From NCBI GenBank assembly GCA_002269645.1, contig NIVC01001574.1, positions 62,001 through 126,000 on the forward strand: a stretch of 64,000 nt of DNA. The letters are read 5' to 3'. This document shows positions 11,930 through 24,500 of the stretch, in pieces. The notes under the pieces are model-generated. The model did not search any database and was not told where the DNA came from. It saw nothing but the letters and a program-made list of their open reading frames with translations. The stretch comes from Macrostomum lignano (taxonomy: Eukaryota). Each line of letters begins with the position of its first letter. Position 1 is the stretch's first letter. Made by a program: the position numbers and the translations under genes.

Positions 11930-12840
11930 GTTGGCTGGATTGTGCTGACTGTACATCTGGCTGGCTTGCACTGAGCGTACATTGGGTTGGTTAGCAGTGA
12001 GTGTACATTGGCTGGATTGTGCTGAATGTACATTGGCTGGATTGTGCTGAATGTAAATTGTGCTGGCTTGTGCTGAGTGTACATTAGCTGGATTGCACTG
12101 AGTGTACATTAGGTTGGCTTGTGCTGACTGTACATTGGTTGGGGTTGGGTCGCAGTGGGTGTACATAGGGCTGGATCTCACTGAGTGTACATTGGCTGGC
12201 TTGCACTGAGTGTACATTGGACAGGGGTTGGCTAGCAGTGAGTGTACATTGGGCAGGGGTTGGCTAGCAGTGAGTGTACATTGGACAGGGGGTTGGCTAG
12301 CAGTGAGTGTACATTGGACAGGGGGTTGGCTAGCAGTGAGTGTAAATTGGACAGGGGTTGGCTAGCAGTGAGTGTACATTGGACAGGGGTTGGCTAGCAG
12401 TGAGTGTACATTGGACAGGGGTTGGCTAGCAGTGAGTGTACATTGGCTGGATTGTGCTGACTGTAGATTGTGCTGGCTTGTGCTGAGTGTACATTAGCTG
12501 GATTGCACTGAGTGTACATTAGGTTGGCTTGTGCTGACTGTACATTGGTTGGGGTTGGGTCGCAGTGGGTGTACATAGGGCTGGATCTCACTGAGTGTAC
12601 ATTGGCTGGCTTGCACTGAGTGTACATTGGACAGGGGTTGGCTAGCAGTGAGTGTACATTGGGCAGGGGTTGGCTAGCAGTGAGTGTACATTGGACAGGG
12701 GTTGGCTAGCAGTGAGTGTACATTGGACAGGGGGTTGGCTAGCAGTGAGTGTACATTGGACAGGGGTTGGCTAGCAGTGAGTGTACATTGGACAAGGGTT
12801 GGCTAGCAGTGAGTGTACATTGGACAGGGTTTGGCTAGCA
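11930..12840. repeat. Compound minisatellite upstream of CerS copy B, with an internal 410-bp duplication
   Basis: Homologous to 5700..6325; ORFs starting at 12217 and 12627 share the same first ~50 residues. Confidence 0.85.
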
Positions 12841-13724
12841 AAAGAGTGAGTTTAGAAAACACGGAAGTCAAAGGCAGATGATGCGCAGTCGTTTTACAAT
12901 GATCGTTTATTACAGACTATAAGCGCAGTGTGACCCAACAGGACCAATACTCGAGGCGATTAAATAGCGAAGCTAATAAACAAAAAATCGATAAGAATAA
13001 CAATTAAAACATCGGACAGATTCGATAAGATATAATTAACAAAATTTCAGGGAACAAGTATGTATATATTATGCATAGCTTGACAGACTGAGACGCCAGG
13101 TGCGCTAAATGAACTAGGAATTGTAATTAAAAGGTCCGAAATGTAAAGCAGCTCATACTTTTACATAAAAATGGTGCAGCGATAATGAAAAACGCGAATT
13201 ACCAACATCTGCGATAAAACTGCTAAGTGGAGCAGCGAGAGTAGCAATGCAAGTAAAAAATTCTCCTTCCAGCGAATAATCAATAAATCATAAACAATAA
13301 GCCGCTAAACTACTTTTAACCTAACACAGGCTTTGCAAAGCGAGAATTGCTCTACTGGCAGTAGTAAGAAGAGAATTTCATCTCTGTTTGGGATATATAT
13401 AGAGCTAAAACTTGCAGAGCATGGCAAGTTAGGTAGATATTTCCAATTGAAAAGAAACTTCTGATGACTAGGCATTATGCACAGTGCGTACGCCTGCAAA
13501 GCATTGGTTACGACGGGAAAAAAACAAAGCAATGAAAATAATTTCTACTTATGGTCAAAAGTTGCTAGTAGTATATATTGCGCATGTGAACTGCGAGAGC
13601 GAGTGGGCGGCTCTGGCGAAGAATTGCTGCAAAAGTCTTCGGAGCGACCTTGCCGCCTCATTGGTTCCAGGTTTTGGCTTCTGCAAGTAAAATTTCAGTA
13701 TGGGATGACTTATTTGCTATTGGA

Positions 13725-14375
13725 AATGACAGGCCTGAAGGAACAGGAAATGACAGACCTGAAGGAACAGGAAATGACAGGCCTGAAGGAACAGGAAATG
13801 ACAGGCCTGAAGGAACAGGAAATAACAGGCCTGAAGGAACAGGAAATGACAGGCCTGAAGGAACAGGAAATGACAGGCCTGAAGGAACAGGAAATAACAG
13901 GCCTGAAGGAACAGGAAATGACAGGCCTGAAGGAACAGGAAATGACAGGCCTGAAGGAACAGGAAATAACAGGCCTGAAGGAACAGGAAATGACAGGCCT
14001 GAAGGAACAGGAAATGACAGGCCTGAAGGAACAGGAAATAACAGGCCTGAAGGAACAGGAAATGACAGGCCTGAAGGAACAGGAAATGACAGATCTGAAC
14101 AGGAAATGGCAGGCAGCAACAGGAAATGACAGGCCTGAAGGAACAGGAAATGACAGGCCTGAAGGAACAGGAAATGACAGGCCTGAAGGAACAGGAAATG
14201 ACAGGCCTGAAGGAACAGGAAATGACAGGTCTGAAGGAACAGGAAATAACAGGCCTGAAGGAACAGGAAATGACAGGCCTGAAGGAACAGGAAATGACAG
14301 GCCTGAAGGAACAGGAAATGACAGGCCTGAAGGAACAGGAAATGACAGGTCTGAAGGAACAGGAAATGACAGACC
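13725..14375. repeat. 24-bp minisatellite (ACAGGCCTGAAGGAACAGGAAATG) immediately 3' of the TBC1D24 stop
   Basis: Tandem copies. Confidence 0.92.
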
Positions 14376-14395
14376 TACCAGTTACAGCCAGCAGT

Positions 14396-16706
14396 TCAGT
14401 CGCCTCGCTCATCAAAGCCCAGCAGCTCCACAGCCTGCACAGCGAATCGACACTCAGCTCCCGGCAGCAGCGGCTGAGAGTCGAACGTGGCGCAGCGCTG
14501 GCTGAAGCCTTCGCTCAGTTCGCGGTTGAGGCTGAGACCGAAGCCGCCGCCGCCACCGCCAATCACCAGGGAGTTCGGCTCCGCCATGATGAACAAGGCC
14601 TCCGTATGCTGCTGCTGTTGCTGCTGTTGCTGCTGGCAGGATGAATTCTGAGTTTGTTAGATGAATGCGATTCCCGGTCTCCACTGAGCCCCTGAAAAGG
14701 TACTCAGTCCTACAGACAGGTCCTCAGTCCTACAGACAGGTCCTCAGTCCTACAGACAGGTCCTCAGTCCTACAGACACGTCATTAGACAGGTCCTCAGT
14801 TCTACAGACACGTCATCAGACAGGTCCTCAGTCCTACAGACGCGTCATCAGACAGGTCCTCAGTCCTACAGACACGTCAGGACCTTAGTCCTACATCGCT
14901 ACCCAATGCAGGCAGGTGCTACAGCAACCCTAGCAGATTAAAGGCCGGTCGTAATGACCAGAAGCATCACCTGTTGCCGATGCCCCACCCAGGTGTAAAC
15001 TCGGACATCTCCGTCTCGCTCTCCCACTGTGGTGAACAAGAAAGTCTCGCCGGTGCCGAAGAAGGCGGCCGGGTGCTGCTCCCTATCGCTCAGGGCGGTG
15101 CACAGGTAGGCGCCGAAAGTGCCGCTAACGGAGCCGCTTCTCACAAGCAGGAGCAGCGGAGAGTTCTTGCCGGCGGCTGAGTACAGCGTCTGCAGGTTGA
15201 AGCCGGCCGAGGCTGTGGAGAACAGCGAGGCCAGCGGCTTGATGGCGTGACGGGCCGGCACGTGGCGCAGCAACTGGCGCAGCTGCTTCTCAGTTAGCAG
15301 GGCGCTGGGGCTGCTCAGGGGAAGGCAGAGAAGCCAGTCGTCTGTGGCGCTCCTGCGGATGGGCGATTAAATAATCTCAATAACCTTTGCCTCTGTGTAG
15401 GTCTGTACGAGCTAGTTATAGGGTCCTAAAGATTCGTGTCAGGTCCTAGGAATTCGTGTCAGATCCTTTAGATTTGTCAGGCCCTAAGAATTTTTGTCAG
15501 GTCCTATGAATTCGTGTCAGATTCTAGAGATTTTTCAGGTTCTAGGACTTCGTGTCAGATCCTATGGATTTGTGTCAGGCCCTAGGAATTTTTGTCAGGT
15601 CCTATGAATTCGTGTCAGATCCTATAGATTTGTGTCAGGCCCTAGGAATTTTTGTCAGGTCCTATGAATTCGTGTCAGATTCTATAGATTTGTGTCAGGT
15701 CCTATGAATTCGTGTCAGATTCTATAGATTTGTGTCAGGTCCTATGAATTCGTGTCAGATTCTATAGATTTGTGTCAGGTCCTAGGCATTCGTGTCAGAT
15801 CCTATAGATTTTTGTCAGGCCCTAGGACTTCGTGTCAGATCCTATAGATTTGTGTCAGGCCCTAGGACTTCGTGTCAGATTCTATAGATTTGTGTCAGGC
15901 CCTATGACTTAGTGTCAGATCCTATAGATTTGTGTCAGGGCCTAGGAATTTTTGTCAGGTCCTATAGATTTGTCAGGTTCTAGGAATTCGTGTAAGATCC
16001 TATAGATTTGTGTCAGGTCCTAGGAAATCGTGTCAGGCCCTAGGACTTCGTGTCAGATCCTATAGATTTGTGTCAGGCCCTAGGAATTTTTGTCAGGTCC
16101 TATAGATTTGTCAGGTTCTAGGAATTCGTGTAAGATCCTATAGATTTGTGTCAGGTCCTAGGAAATCGTGTCAGGCCCTAGGACTTCGTGTCAGATCCTA
16201 TAGACTTTTTTTTCAGGTCCTAGGAATTTGTGTTAGAAACTAGGAATTTGTTACGTACAAAAACAGCAATCAGCCGAAAACCCGAAAATCAATTATTGCA
16301 TTAAACACCAGAGCATCGCGCCACAAGCCTTCCTCACCTGGCCGCGCGAAGTCCAGTCGGCAGCTCGGCCAGCAGTGTCTGGTTGGGCACGGCGTTGGCG
16401 GCGGTCACCACGTCGGCGGACTGCAGGTTGCGGATCTGGAACATGGCCCTCGTGAACTGCTCCACCGACACGTACACGCCCAGGCCCTGCGCTGTTTCAC
16501 TAAGCGTCGCCCCCAGGCTGTCGTCCAGGCCGGCCAGGGCGGCAGAGCCGGACGAGGAGCGCTGGCGGATTCGCTTCTTGAAGGACAGGCGGCACAGCGC
16601 CAGGCCGGCGCGGACCAGCACCTGAAAAGGGAGCGTTTGGAATGTCCAACCTGTCTGTCTGCCTGTCCATCTATCTATTTATCTATGTATTTGTGTATCT
16701 ATCTAC

Positions 16707-16779
<73 letters not shown>

Positions 16780-19076
16780 GATCTATTCATCCATCCGTGT
16801 GTCCCAGAACATAAATCAGCAATCTGGCACCTTAAATCCCTCAACCAGGAAGCTGTCAATCAGAGGCAGCAGGAAGTCGATGGGCATTCGCCACAGGTAC
16901 TGAAACCAGCGGCGCAGGTGATCGGTATAGTTGGGAAAGGTGGGCAAAGAGCGGCTGAACTTGATGGCGAACCGGCCGACCAGGTGCTCGAGAAGGCGCT
17001 CGCACTTGGCGTAGCGAAGCAGGCTGTCTGGCAGTCGCCACAGACCGCGGTCCTCCCTGCGGGCCAGCGGACAGGACAGGGGCTGCTGAGCGTTGCAGCA
17101 CACATGCTGAAATACTACTGCTAGCTACTAGCTTGCGGTCATGCGAGCTTGATCTAGGGGATCACAGATCTGCATTGGGGATTACAGATCTGCATTGGGG
17201 ATCACAGATCTGCATTGGGGATCACAGATCTGCATTGGGGATCATAGATCCGCATTGGGGATCATAGATCTGCATTGGGGATCATAGATCTGCATTGGGG
17301 ATCACAGAACTGCATTGGGGATCACAGAACTGCACTGGGGATCACATATCTGCATTGGGGATCACAGATCTGCATTGGGGATCACAGAACTGCATTGGGG
17401 ATCACAGAACTGCATTGGGGATCACAGATCTGCATTGGGGATCACATTGGGGATCATCTGAAACTCACTTTCCCAGCAGGGAATGAAGGCAGGCGAGGGT
17501 CTCCGCCTCAGTCAGGCAGTGCAGCAGCAGGGCTCCGATGGGCAGCAGGCAGGGGGCGAACAGGTCGTGCCGGCAGAGGGTCAGGCGGCGGCAGATGCGG
17601 TTGAGGGCGGCCTGGCCGGCCGGGTTCAGGCAGTAGAAGTGGCGATAGTCGGCCAGGCACCAGGAGGGCCACTCGACGCCTTCGGCCACTGCGCACTGGG
17701 GCGCGGGTTCGGAGCCTGCAGGTGGGGGTGCCACTGTTTGAGATCCTTTCCATTGAGTAGAAACTGTTCACTACTTTATAGTAACCATGACATACAATTC
17801 GTATCGGTTTCCCCTAGCACCATGGCATCGATATCGATGCTACATAGCAACTATAACTATGACCTTCTCTGTTCTATAGCAACCATTGAAACCGAAACTT
17901 CCCTTTGACAACTATAAAAATTGATACCCGCTCTCTATAGCAACCATGTGATCGATACCGGTTCCACTTAGCAACCATGTGATCGATACCGGTTCCACTT
18001 AGCAACCATGTGATCGATACCGGTTCCACTTAGCAACCATGTGATCGATACCGGTTTCAATTAGCGACCATGGGATCGATACCGGTCCTCGTTAGCAACA
18101 GTGGGATCGATACCGCTCCCCCTTAGCAACTATGGGATCGATTACAGTTCCCCTTAGCATCCATGGGATCGATACTGGTCCCTCTTAGCAACCATGTGAT
18201 CGATACCGGCTCACTTAGAAACCGTTGAATCGATACCGGTTCCACTTAGCAACCATGAGATCGATACCGGTCTGTTTTAGCAACCATGGGATTGATACTG
18301 GTTCGCCTTAGCAACCATGGGATCGATACTGGTTCCACTTAGCAACAATAGGACCGATATCAGTCCTCATTAGCAACCATGGGATCGATACCGGTTCTCA
18401 TTAGCAACCATGTGGTCGATACCGGTCCGCCTTAGCAACCATGGGATCAATACCGGTTCCCCTTAGCAACCATGGGATCGATACTGGTTCGCCTTAGCAA
18501 CCATGGGATCGATACTGGTTCCACTTAGCAACCATAGGACCGATATCAGTCCTCATTAGCAACCATGGGATCGATACCGGTTCCACTTAGCAATCATGGA
18601 ATCAATACCGGTTCCCCTTAGCAACCATGGGATCGATACTGGTTCCACTTAGCAACCATGGGATCGATAATGGTTCGCCTTAGCAACCATGGGATCGATA
18701 ATGGTTCGCCTTAGCAACCATGGGATCAATACCGGTTCCCCTTAGCAACAATGGGATCGACACCAGTTCGCCTTAGCAACCATGGGATCATGTGCCTCTC
18801 ACCAGACGCAGCGATCAGCTTTCGCCAGAGAGCTCGCCTGGCGGCCAAGTTGGCCAGTGCCGGCCGCTGCTGCGACCTGGCCAGCCGCTTTAAAGCCGCC
18901 GCCGATTCCGCCGCAGCTGCCGACTGCTGCTGCTCGGAGTCCGAAGCGTCAGCGAGAAGTGGAGCGGCTGCCGCGCCGCCGCCAGCGTTGGCTGCCACTG
19001 CGGCTCGTTGACAGGCAGCTCGGAGCGCTGATTGGTCCACGAACTCGCCTGTGCCGCCGCCTTGCGTGCTGGACAT
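14396..19076 (-). CDS. TBC1D24: TBC1D24/Skywalker-like protein (TBC domain + TLDc domain), 560 aa; exons 19076..18803, 17733..17469, 17056..16831, 16621..16338, 15352..14971, 14647..14396
   Basis: TBC-like segments (RRALWRKL; LLPIGALLLHCLTE; LIDSFLVEGFKVLVRAGLAL). TLDc motifs (LFSTASAGFNLQTLY; FGAY; FFGTGETFLF; LVIGGGGGGFGLSLNRELSEG.S.RCATFDSQPL). Six GT-AG exons are phase-consistent, 1683 nt total. Confidence 0.9.
14698..14890. repeat. 20-bp minisatellite (GTCCTCAGTCCTACAGACAG), TBC1D24 intron 5
   Basis: Tandem copies. Confidence 0.85.
15420..16255. repeat. ~20-bp minisatellite (CCTATAGATTTGTGTCAGGT), TBC1D24 intron 4
   Basis: Tandem copies. Confidence 0.88.
16667..16790. repeat. (ATCT)n microsatellite, TBC1D24 intron 3
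   Basis: Read directly. Confidence 0.95.
17155..17457. repeat. 20-bp minisatellite (GGGGATCACAGATCTGCATT), TBC1D24 intron 2
   Basis: Tandem copies. Confidence 0.9.
17935..18790. repeat. ~31-bp minisatellite (TAGCAACCATGGGATCGATACCGGTTCCACT), TBC1D24 intron 1
   Basis: Tandem copies. Confidence 0.9.
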
Positions 19077-19109
19077 GTGGCTGCGGTGCGGAGGTGGCGG
19101 CTGTCCATA

Positions 19110-20200
19110 ATCACTGGCTGTGGGGATAATCTCTGGCTGTTGGGATAATCACTGGCTGTGGGGATAATCACTGGCTGTGGGGATAATCTCTGGCTGTGGG
19201 GATAATCTCTGGCTGTTGGGATAATCACTGGCTGTGGGGATAATCTCTGGCTGTTGGGATAATCACTGGCTGTGGGGATAATCTCTGGCTGTTGGGATAA
19301 TCTCTAGCTGTGGGGATAATACCTGGCTGTTGGGATAATCTCTGGCTGTGGGGATAATCTCTAGCTGTGGGGATAATCTTTGGCTGTGGGGAAAATCTCT
19401 AGCTGTGGGGATAATCTCTAGCTGTGGGGATAATCTTTGGCTGTGGGGAAAATCCTTAGCTGTGGGGATAATCTATAGCTGTGGGGATAATCTCTGGCTG
19501 TGCGGATAATCACTGGCTGTGGGGATAATCTCTGGCTGTGAGGATAATCTTTTGACCTTGGGGATAATCTCTGGCTGTGGGGATAATCTCTTGACCGTGG
19601 GGATAATCACTGGCTGTGGGGATAATCTCTGGCTGTGAGGATAATCTCTTGACCTTGGGGATAATCTCTGGCTGTGGGGATAATATCTGGCTGTAGGGGT
19701 TAATCTATGGTTGTGGGGATAATCTCTTGACCGTGGGGATAATCACTGGCTGTGGGGATAATCTCTGGCTGTAAGGATAATCTCTTGACCTTGGGGATAA
19801 TCTCTGGCTGTAGGGGTTAATCTATGGCTGTGGGGATAATCTCTGGCTGTGGGGATAATCTCTGGCTGTGGGGATAATCAATGGCTGTGGGAATAATCTC
19901 TAGCTGTGGGGATAATCTCTAGCTGTGGGGATAATCTTTGGCTGTGGGGAAAATCCTTAGCTGTGGGGATAATCTATAGCTGTGGGGATAATCTCTGGCT
20001 GTGCGGATAATCACTGGCTGTGGGGATAATCTCTGGCTGTGAGGATAATCTCTTGACCGTGGGGATAATCACTGGCTGTGGGGATAATCTCTGGCTGTGG
20101 GGATAATCTCTGGCTGTGGGGATAATCACTGGCTGTGGGATAATCTTTGGCTGTGGGGAAAATCTCTGGCTGTGGGGAAAATCTCTGGCTGTGGGAATAA
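19110..20200. repeat. 19-bp minisatellite (GGCTGTGGGGATAATCTCT) upstream of the first TBC1D24 coding exon
   Basis: Period 19 (GATAATC at 19144, 19163, 19182). Confidence 0.9.
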
Positions 20201-21541
20201 TATCCGATAACAAGCATAAATCAATAACGAAGCCAAATTCACAGATTTGTCACAAAAAAGAGGTGACAGGCAGAATGCAGTGCTGCCGGCAGTTTATGTG
20301 TATTCGCTAATTAAGTAATTAATTGATAGTTTTGTTTTATTCACTGTTAATTAATTTTCAGTGCTATTTTTGCCTGGGCCCTTGCCATAGTTTAGTACAG
20401 AGCAACACTGGGAGGGGCCAAAAAATCATACCGCGCTTTTGCAATGCGGACAGCACATGCGTGTACTGTGGCAAAGCATCTGCTAGCTATATTATAGCAA
20501 TACAAAAGTGCACTAAATAGGGTTAATTACTGTATAAAAAGGGCCCAGACAAACAAAGGCGGGCAGCATTGGGCTTATCAACCAGATACAATAATGCAGA
20601 AGCTTTCTAGCAGAGCGTCGCGGCTGAATAAATATCCCATACAGACTACTGACGCACGCATACATATTAACAAAATGAAAATAAGAGAAACACACGGGAA
20701 TCCCAAGCTAGTAAACTTACTAACAGTAGTATATATAGAGTTAGTATTGAATTCGCTTTAATAAACAGGAAAAAGCAAGGAGAAAAAAAATTATTGACAA
20801 AGCAAATTCGCTAATCCAGACGGGGCGTACAGAGATCCGGGCGGTCGGGGCCTGGCCTGAGCAGTGAGGAATGGGGCCGCATTCAGACACAGTGGTGCCG
20901 TAAGAAAAAGTTAATGAATGAACACGGCAGCACATTTGCTCAGATATTTTATTATGATACAGAATTTTCAACGCAAGCATTTGCAGGTACATGTTGCACT
21001 TCAGACAAATTCATAATTAGACAGCTGATGATTAGTACACAGCTTTTTTACCCTATTAATTTTAAACATACGCGTCAATTATAACAAAATGATGCCAGTG
21101 TTATTAGTCTGCAAATGAAAACCAATCAATTAACCAGCAGTTGATGAAACAAACAGCTTTGTTGGAGGCGGCAATGGAGTGACTGGGAAATGCAGCGCAT
21201 CAAGTTCGGTTAGCAACAGTGGCAGGTAGAAATATACAGATAGAACGGCAGCTCTGGGCTTCAGCGAGCACAGGTTTTACGCATTCAACTATTTATTGGG
21301 GCCCGAGCGGTCATCATTTATAAACAAAGTGGGAAATTGAAACCGCAATAATGAAATTAGTAATTTGATTAGGGTTCCTACTAACGAGAATAGCGTTATA
21401 AATATACACATATAAATAATCTTGCCTGAAAAGAAATGTGATGAAGAGAGCCGGGGCGGAGGCAGAGAGAAGGGGCGTCTGCGCTAAATCTGGTACAAAA
21501 ACTAAACGGGGAAATGAGCACGCACTGAGCTGGCTGGCAGC

Positions 21542-24500
21542 TCACCGCAGGAAGACATTGATGCAGCGCTCGCCTGGAATTGCGGTGGGGCGGCGGCTGC
21601 AGCTGTGAGTCTCCCCAATTATCCTTCGCTCAGTCTCCCCAATTATCCTCATCTACCCTCCAGTCTTCCCAATTATCCCCATCTCCCACCCAGTCTCCAC
21701 CATTATCCTTATCTCTCACCCAGTCTCCCAAATTATCCTCATCTTCCACCCAGTCTCCCCAATTGTCCTTATCTCCCACCCAGTCTCCCAAATTATCCTC
21801 ATCTCCCACCCAGTCTCCCCAATTATCCTCATCTCCCACCCAGTCTCCCCAATTATCCTCATCTCCCACCCAGTCTCCCCAATTATCCTTATCTCCCACC
21901 CAGTCTCCCCATCTCCCCACAGTTTTTCATTTATCCTCATCTCCCCTTTAGTCACATCAATTACCCCCATCTTTTCCAGTCCCCAATCATCCCATTTCCC
22001 ATCCAGTCTCCCCAATTATCCTTATCTCACATCCAGTCTCCCCAAACCGGTATCTTCATCAATCTCACCGATTTTCTCGCCACTGAGAGTGATCGCCCGC
22101 TGCTGGTCCTCGGCGCTGTCAAAGAAGGCCTCGGCCTCGCCGCCGGCCTGCAGGCAGATCCTGGCCGGCACGCTGGGCTGGAAGAATTGCTCAATGTCGG
22201 CCTCAGTGACGCCGTCGGGAAGGCCGCGCAGCCGCACGCCGTTCTGCCGTTTAGCCGCATCAGCCTTGTCGGGGTGCAGGAACAGGTCGATGTAGCGCGA
22301 CCCGATATGGGCCTTGTCCCGCTTCATCGCCTCCTCAGCTTCCTGAGCGCTGCCAAAGTCCACATCGGCCTCGCCGTTAGGCCGGCCGGCCCGGTTAAAG
22401 TGCAGCTGCACCCGGCTGGGCTTCAGCGGGGCGAAGAAGTCGGTGACCTCGGCTACCGTGACGGAGAATGGCAGGCCGCGCAGGTGCACCCAGTGACCCG
22501 TGCTAGACTGCCAGTTCGAGCCTGAGAGTGGTAAGTAGTTAACAAGTAGTAAGAAAGAGGTTGACATGTAAAATGCTTTAGCGAGATAGGAATTTTCTAT
22601 CAGTTCAGCACTTAAAAGACAAAACAGGGCTTTTATTAAACTAACGGTGTGATTTCTAAATCACTGAATTTTAAATGGTTTCTGTTCTGAACAGAATCAA
22701 TTGCATCGATAAGTCTCAGCTCTGTACAAGCTGTACTCAGCCATACTCAGCTCTGTACAAGCTGTACTCAGCCATACTCAGCTCTGTACAAGCTGTACTC
22801 AGCCATACTCAGCTCTGTACAAGCTGTACTCAGCCATACTCAGCTCTGTACAAGCTGTACTCAGCCATACTCAGGTCTCAGCTCTGTACAAGCTGTACGC
22901 AGCCATACTCAGGTCTCAGCTCTGTACAAGCTGTACTTAGCCATACTCAGGTCTGTCCAAGCTGTACTCAGCCATACTCAGGTCTGTACAAGCTGTACAC
23001 AAATCCCTCCTACACAGCAAGCAGCCTGGCAACTCTAAACAGTCCAGAGCATCAGAGCTCACCTGGGCGGTAGTTCTTCTGCTGATGCTGCTGATGCGGC
23101 ATCCTGTGAAACTGGCGGGGGTATCCGTGCGGCTGCTGATAGAACTGACCGTGGAAGCCGCCACCTGGCACGCCTCCGTGAGGATGATAGTTGAAGTTGC
23201 GCTGCTGCGGATGCTGCGGGAACGGCGGCGGCGGGTAGCTGTAGCCACCGCCAGGGGGATGGTGCTGAGGCTGCCAGCGGCCTCCGGGGTGGCCGCCGCG
23301 ACCGGCGCCGTAGCCAAAGCCAGGGCCGGCGCCGCGGCCGCCGCGCGCTCCAAGACCGCCGACGCCGCGTGCGCCGCCGCGGCCGGGGTGAAAGCCGGGA
23401 TGCTGGCCCGGACCGCCCGGCTGATGAGGCGGATAAAAGTCTCCATAGCCACCGTAGCCTGCGGGTCAGAGTGAAATGGGGTGAGCAGGATGGGGTGAGT
23501 GGGTTGGGGTGACAGTGGGATTGGGTGACAGTGGCATTGTGTGACAGTGGGATTGGGTGACAGTGGCATTGGGTGACAGTGGCATTGGGTGAAAGTGGCA
23601 TTGGGTGACAGCTGGGATTGGGTGACAGTGGGATGGGGTGACAGTGGCATTGGGTGACAGCTGGGATTGGGTGACAGTGGGATGGGGTGAAAGTGGCATT
23701 GGGTGACAGCTGGGATTGGGTGACAGTGGCATTGGGTGAAAGTGGCATTGGGTGACAGCTGGGATTGGGTGACAGTGGGATGGGGTGACAGTGGGATTGG
23801 GTGACAGTGGGATGAGTGAAAGTGGCATTGGGTGACAGTGGCATTGGGTGACAGTGGGATTGGGTGACAGTGGCATTGGGTGATAGTGACATTGGGTGAC
23901 AGTGGGATGGGGTGACAGTGGCATTGGGTGAAAGCGAGATGGCGTGAGTTGTATTGGATGGGATGAAAAAGGACTGTATTATAGAGATTGAGATTGAGTA
24001 TGAGGGAGTGAGATCGGTGGAATGCAAGAGTGCGAGCGAGTGTGGGACTCAGGCGGTAGCTTGGACTGTTGCGCTCACCGCCATGCTGGTAGGCCTGTCG
24101 CATGCATCTCTGTCTGTTGCCCTCGGCGTAGGCCTCGGCCATGGAGCTGGGGAACAGCTCGATGTAGCGGTGGCCCATGTTCTGCCTGTTGTGCTTTGCC
24201 ATGGCGCGGGCCGCCGCTTCAGGACTGCCGAATTGGACATAGGCCTCGCCAGAGGGCTTGCCGGACTCGTTGTACACCATCAGGATGCCCTCTTTCACGA
24301 TGCGATCATCCTGCGATGATGGGCAATGCGAAGGAATTGAAGTCGATTTCGTGGCGTATTTGGCGCAATTTTGTGCTGGATTTAGGGGCGATTTCGTGAT
24401 GGATTTAGGGGCGATTTTGTGATGGATTTAGGGGCGATTTCGTGATGGATTTAGGGGCGATTTTGTGCTGGATTTAGGGGCGAGTTCGTGCTAGATTTAG

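Noticed and set aside
13477-14644. 342-aa and overlapping EQEMTGLK ORFs
   Set aside because: 24-bp array antisense to the TBC1D24 3' end.
14647-14691. Alternative TBC1D24 exon-6 acceptor at 14691
   Set aside because: Out of phase with exon 5. The acceptor at 14647 (after CTAAC, branch-point-like) is in phase.
17082-17106. TBC1D24 exon-3 acceptors at 17106, 17085 and 17082
   Set aside because: They do not give the TBC-like frame after the phase-2 exon-2 donor; 17056 does.
22937-24298. 453-aa ORF as a single-exon protein
   Set aside because: Only its first ~73 codons are real (hnRNP exon 2). The rest is intron repeat and exon 3 read in the wrong frame.
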